From Fimbriimonadaceae bacterium (GTDB lineage: Bacteria; Armatimonadota; Fimbriimonadia; Fimbriimonadales; Fimbriimonadaceae), in NCBI GenBank assembly GCA_019454125.1, contig CP075365.1, forward strand, positions 488,218 to 552,217: a stretch of 64,000 nt of DNA. Reading direction: 5' to 3'. The notes beneath the pieces were generated by a model. That model worked only from the letters and a program-made list of their open reading frames with translations. It had not been told where the DNA came from and did not search any database. Shown piece by piece: positions 63,070 to 64,000 of the stretch. Both the position numbers and the translations under genes were made by a program. The first letter of the stretch is position 1. Each line of letters starts with the position of its first letter.

Positions 63070-63657
63070 ATGCGCGCTCGAGTCGCGGTGTTGGTCGGGG
63101 GCAAGGGCCGGGGCAGCAATATGGCGAATCTGGTGCGGGCCGGGCGCGAAGGCCTGATGCCTGCAGAAGTCGTCCTCGTGCTCTCTCCTGCCGAGGGGAC
63201 GCCGGCGGTCGACGCGGCGTTCGAACTCGGGGTTCCCGTCCGGATCCTTCCTAAAGAAGATGTCTCCACTTTTATTCTAGAAAACCTGTACAAATTCGAG
63301 GTCGAGTGGCTTTGTTTAGCCGGATACCTCCAGTTATTGCCGCCCGAGGTCGTGCACGCGCTTTCTGGGCGCCTTCTCAACATTCACCCTGCTCTTCTGC
63401 CTAAGTTTGGAGGCAAAGGCATGTACGGAGTGCACGTCCACAAGGCCGTGTTAGCGGCTGGTGAGACTGAGTCCGGTTGCACAGTCCATCTCGTGACGGA
63501 AGTCTACGACGAGGGCGAAGTGGTGCTGCAAAAGCGCTGCCCCGTCTTGGCGGCCGACACGCCTGAGACGCTGGCGGCACGGGTACTTGCGCTAGAGCAC
63601 GAGGCTTATCCCGAGGCGCTCGCCCTTTTGGTCGAGCGGGCCGCGCGTGTGCCATGA
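63070..63657 (+). CDS. purN: phosphoribosylglycinamide formyltransferase
   Basis: 195 aa. VLVGGKGRGSNM, LAGYLQLL, NIHPALLPKFGGKGMYG and ESGCTVHLVTEVYDEG are PurN motifs. Confidence 0.92.
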   Translation: MRARVAVLVGGKGRGSNMANLVRAGREGLMPAEVVLVLSPAEGTPAVDAAFELGVPVRILPKEDVSTFILENLYKFEVEWLCLAGYLQLLPPEVVHALSGRLLNIHPALLPKFGGKGMYGVHVHKAVLAAGETESGCTVHLVTEVYDEGEVVLQKRCPVLAADTPETLAARVLALEHEAYPEALALLVERAARVP

Positions 63658-64000
63658 GCGTGGGGACCGACCAACTGCGCCATCCCTGGACGGCGCGGCT
63701 CGCCCGCCCGTTCCTGCAGGTCGTGGCCTTTCTCCTGTTCCTCTGCTTTGGGGCTCCGATCTGGGTGCGCGGTTGGTGGCGCGTGCCCCGGCGGGGCGGG
63801 CTCCTGGTCGTCACCAACCACCTTTCGAACACCGACCCCGTGATCGTGCAGTACGCCTGCCCGCGGCTGCTGAACTTCATGGCCCGGCGGCAGCTTTTTG
63901 ACATGGGGATCGGCGGTTTTATGCGATGGTGGCGCGCCTTTCCCGTGACCCAGGGCTCGGCCGACAAGGGCGCGATCAAGACGGCTCTGGAGCTTCTACG
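63654..64000 (+). CDS. 1-acyl-sn-glycerol-3-phosphate acyltransferase-like protein (5' part; continues beyond the window)
   Basis: Hand-translated from ATG 63654 (ATGA overlap with the purN stop): MSVGTDQLRHPWTARLARPFLQVVAFLLF...LLVVTNHLSNTDPVIV...FPVTQGSADKGAIK. It has the NHxxxxD acyltransferase motif. Not in the ORF track because there is no stop in the window. Confidence 0.7.
   Translation, partial: MSVGTDQLRHPWTARLARPFLQVVAFLLFLCFGAPIWVRGWWRVPRRGGLLVVTNHLSNTDPVIVQYACPRLLNFMARRQLFDMGIGGFMRWWRAFPVTQGSADKGAIKTALELL

Overview
GC-rich, densely coding bacterial chromosomal segment with about 58 protein genes and one tRNA. No rRNA, CRISPR array, transposase or integrase is visible. Most genes are housekeeping or cell-envelope functions. 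Housekeeping calls: lipA, priA, ribH, folE2, efp, rpoN, ribE, glyS, yceD-plsX-fabH, an LDH/MDH-family dehydrogenase, pcrA, lexA, rsmI, purN and a plsC-like gene. Envelope calls: an AsmA/TamB-like giant protein, csaB, a Wza-like exporter, a rhomboid protease, MscS, a flotillin/NfeD operon and many lipoproteins and beta-barrel proteins. The gene content (UBact-type modifier, DUF1559-style prepilin-like protein, CsaB, lipoproteins with Gly/Asn linkers) fits an Armatimonadetes/PVC-like diderm lineage; this is inference only. Observations most worth a second look: (1) a translationally coupled operon of lipoprotein, Dop-like enzyme, 61-aa UBact/Pup-like modifier ending in Gln, and an orphan proteasome beta subunit, with no ligase, ATPase or alpha subunit nearby; (2) a tRNA-Sec (anticodon UCA) absent from the ORF track; (3) an RtcA-like protein that appears to lack the catalytic His and is coupled to a Cys-rich membrane protein; (4) a two-gene small-protein operon whose second product resembles a phage-associated small-protein family; (5) a four-gene envelope operon built around a 909-aa protein of unknown family; (6) a perfect 26-nt palindrome fused to a G-quadruplex-type G-tract. 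Many long ORFs in the track are antisense shadow frames of real genes and were not called.
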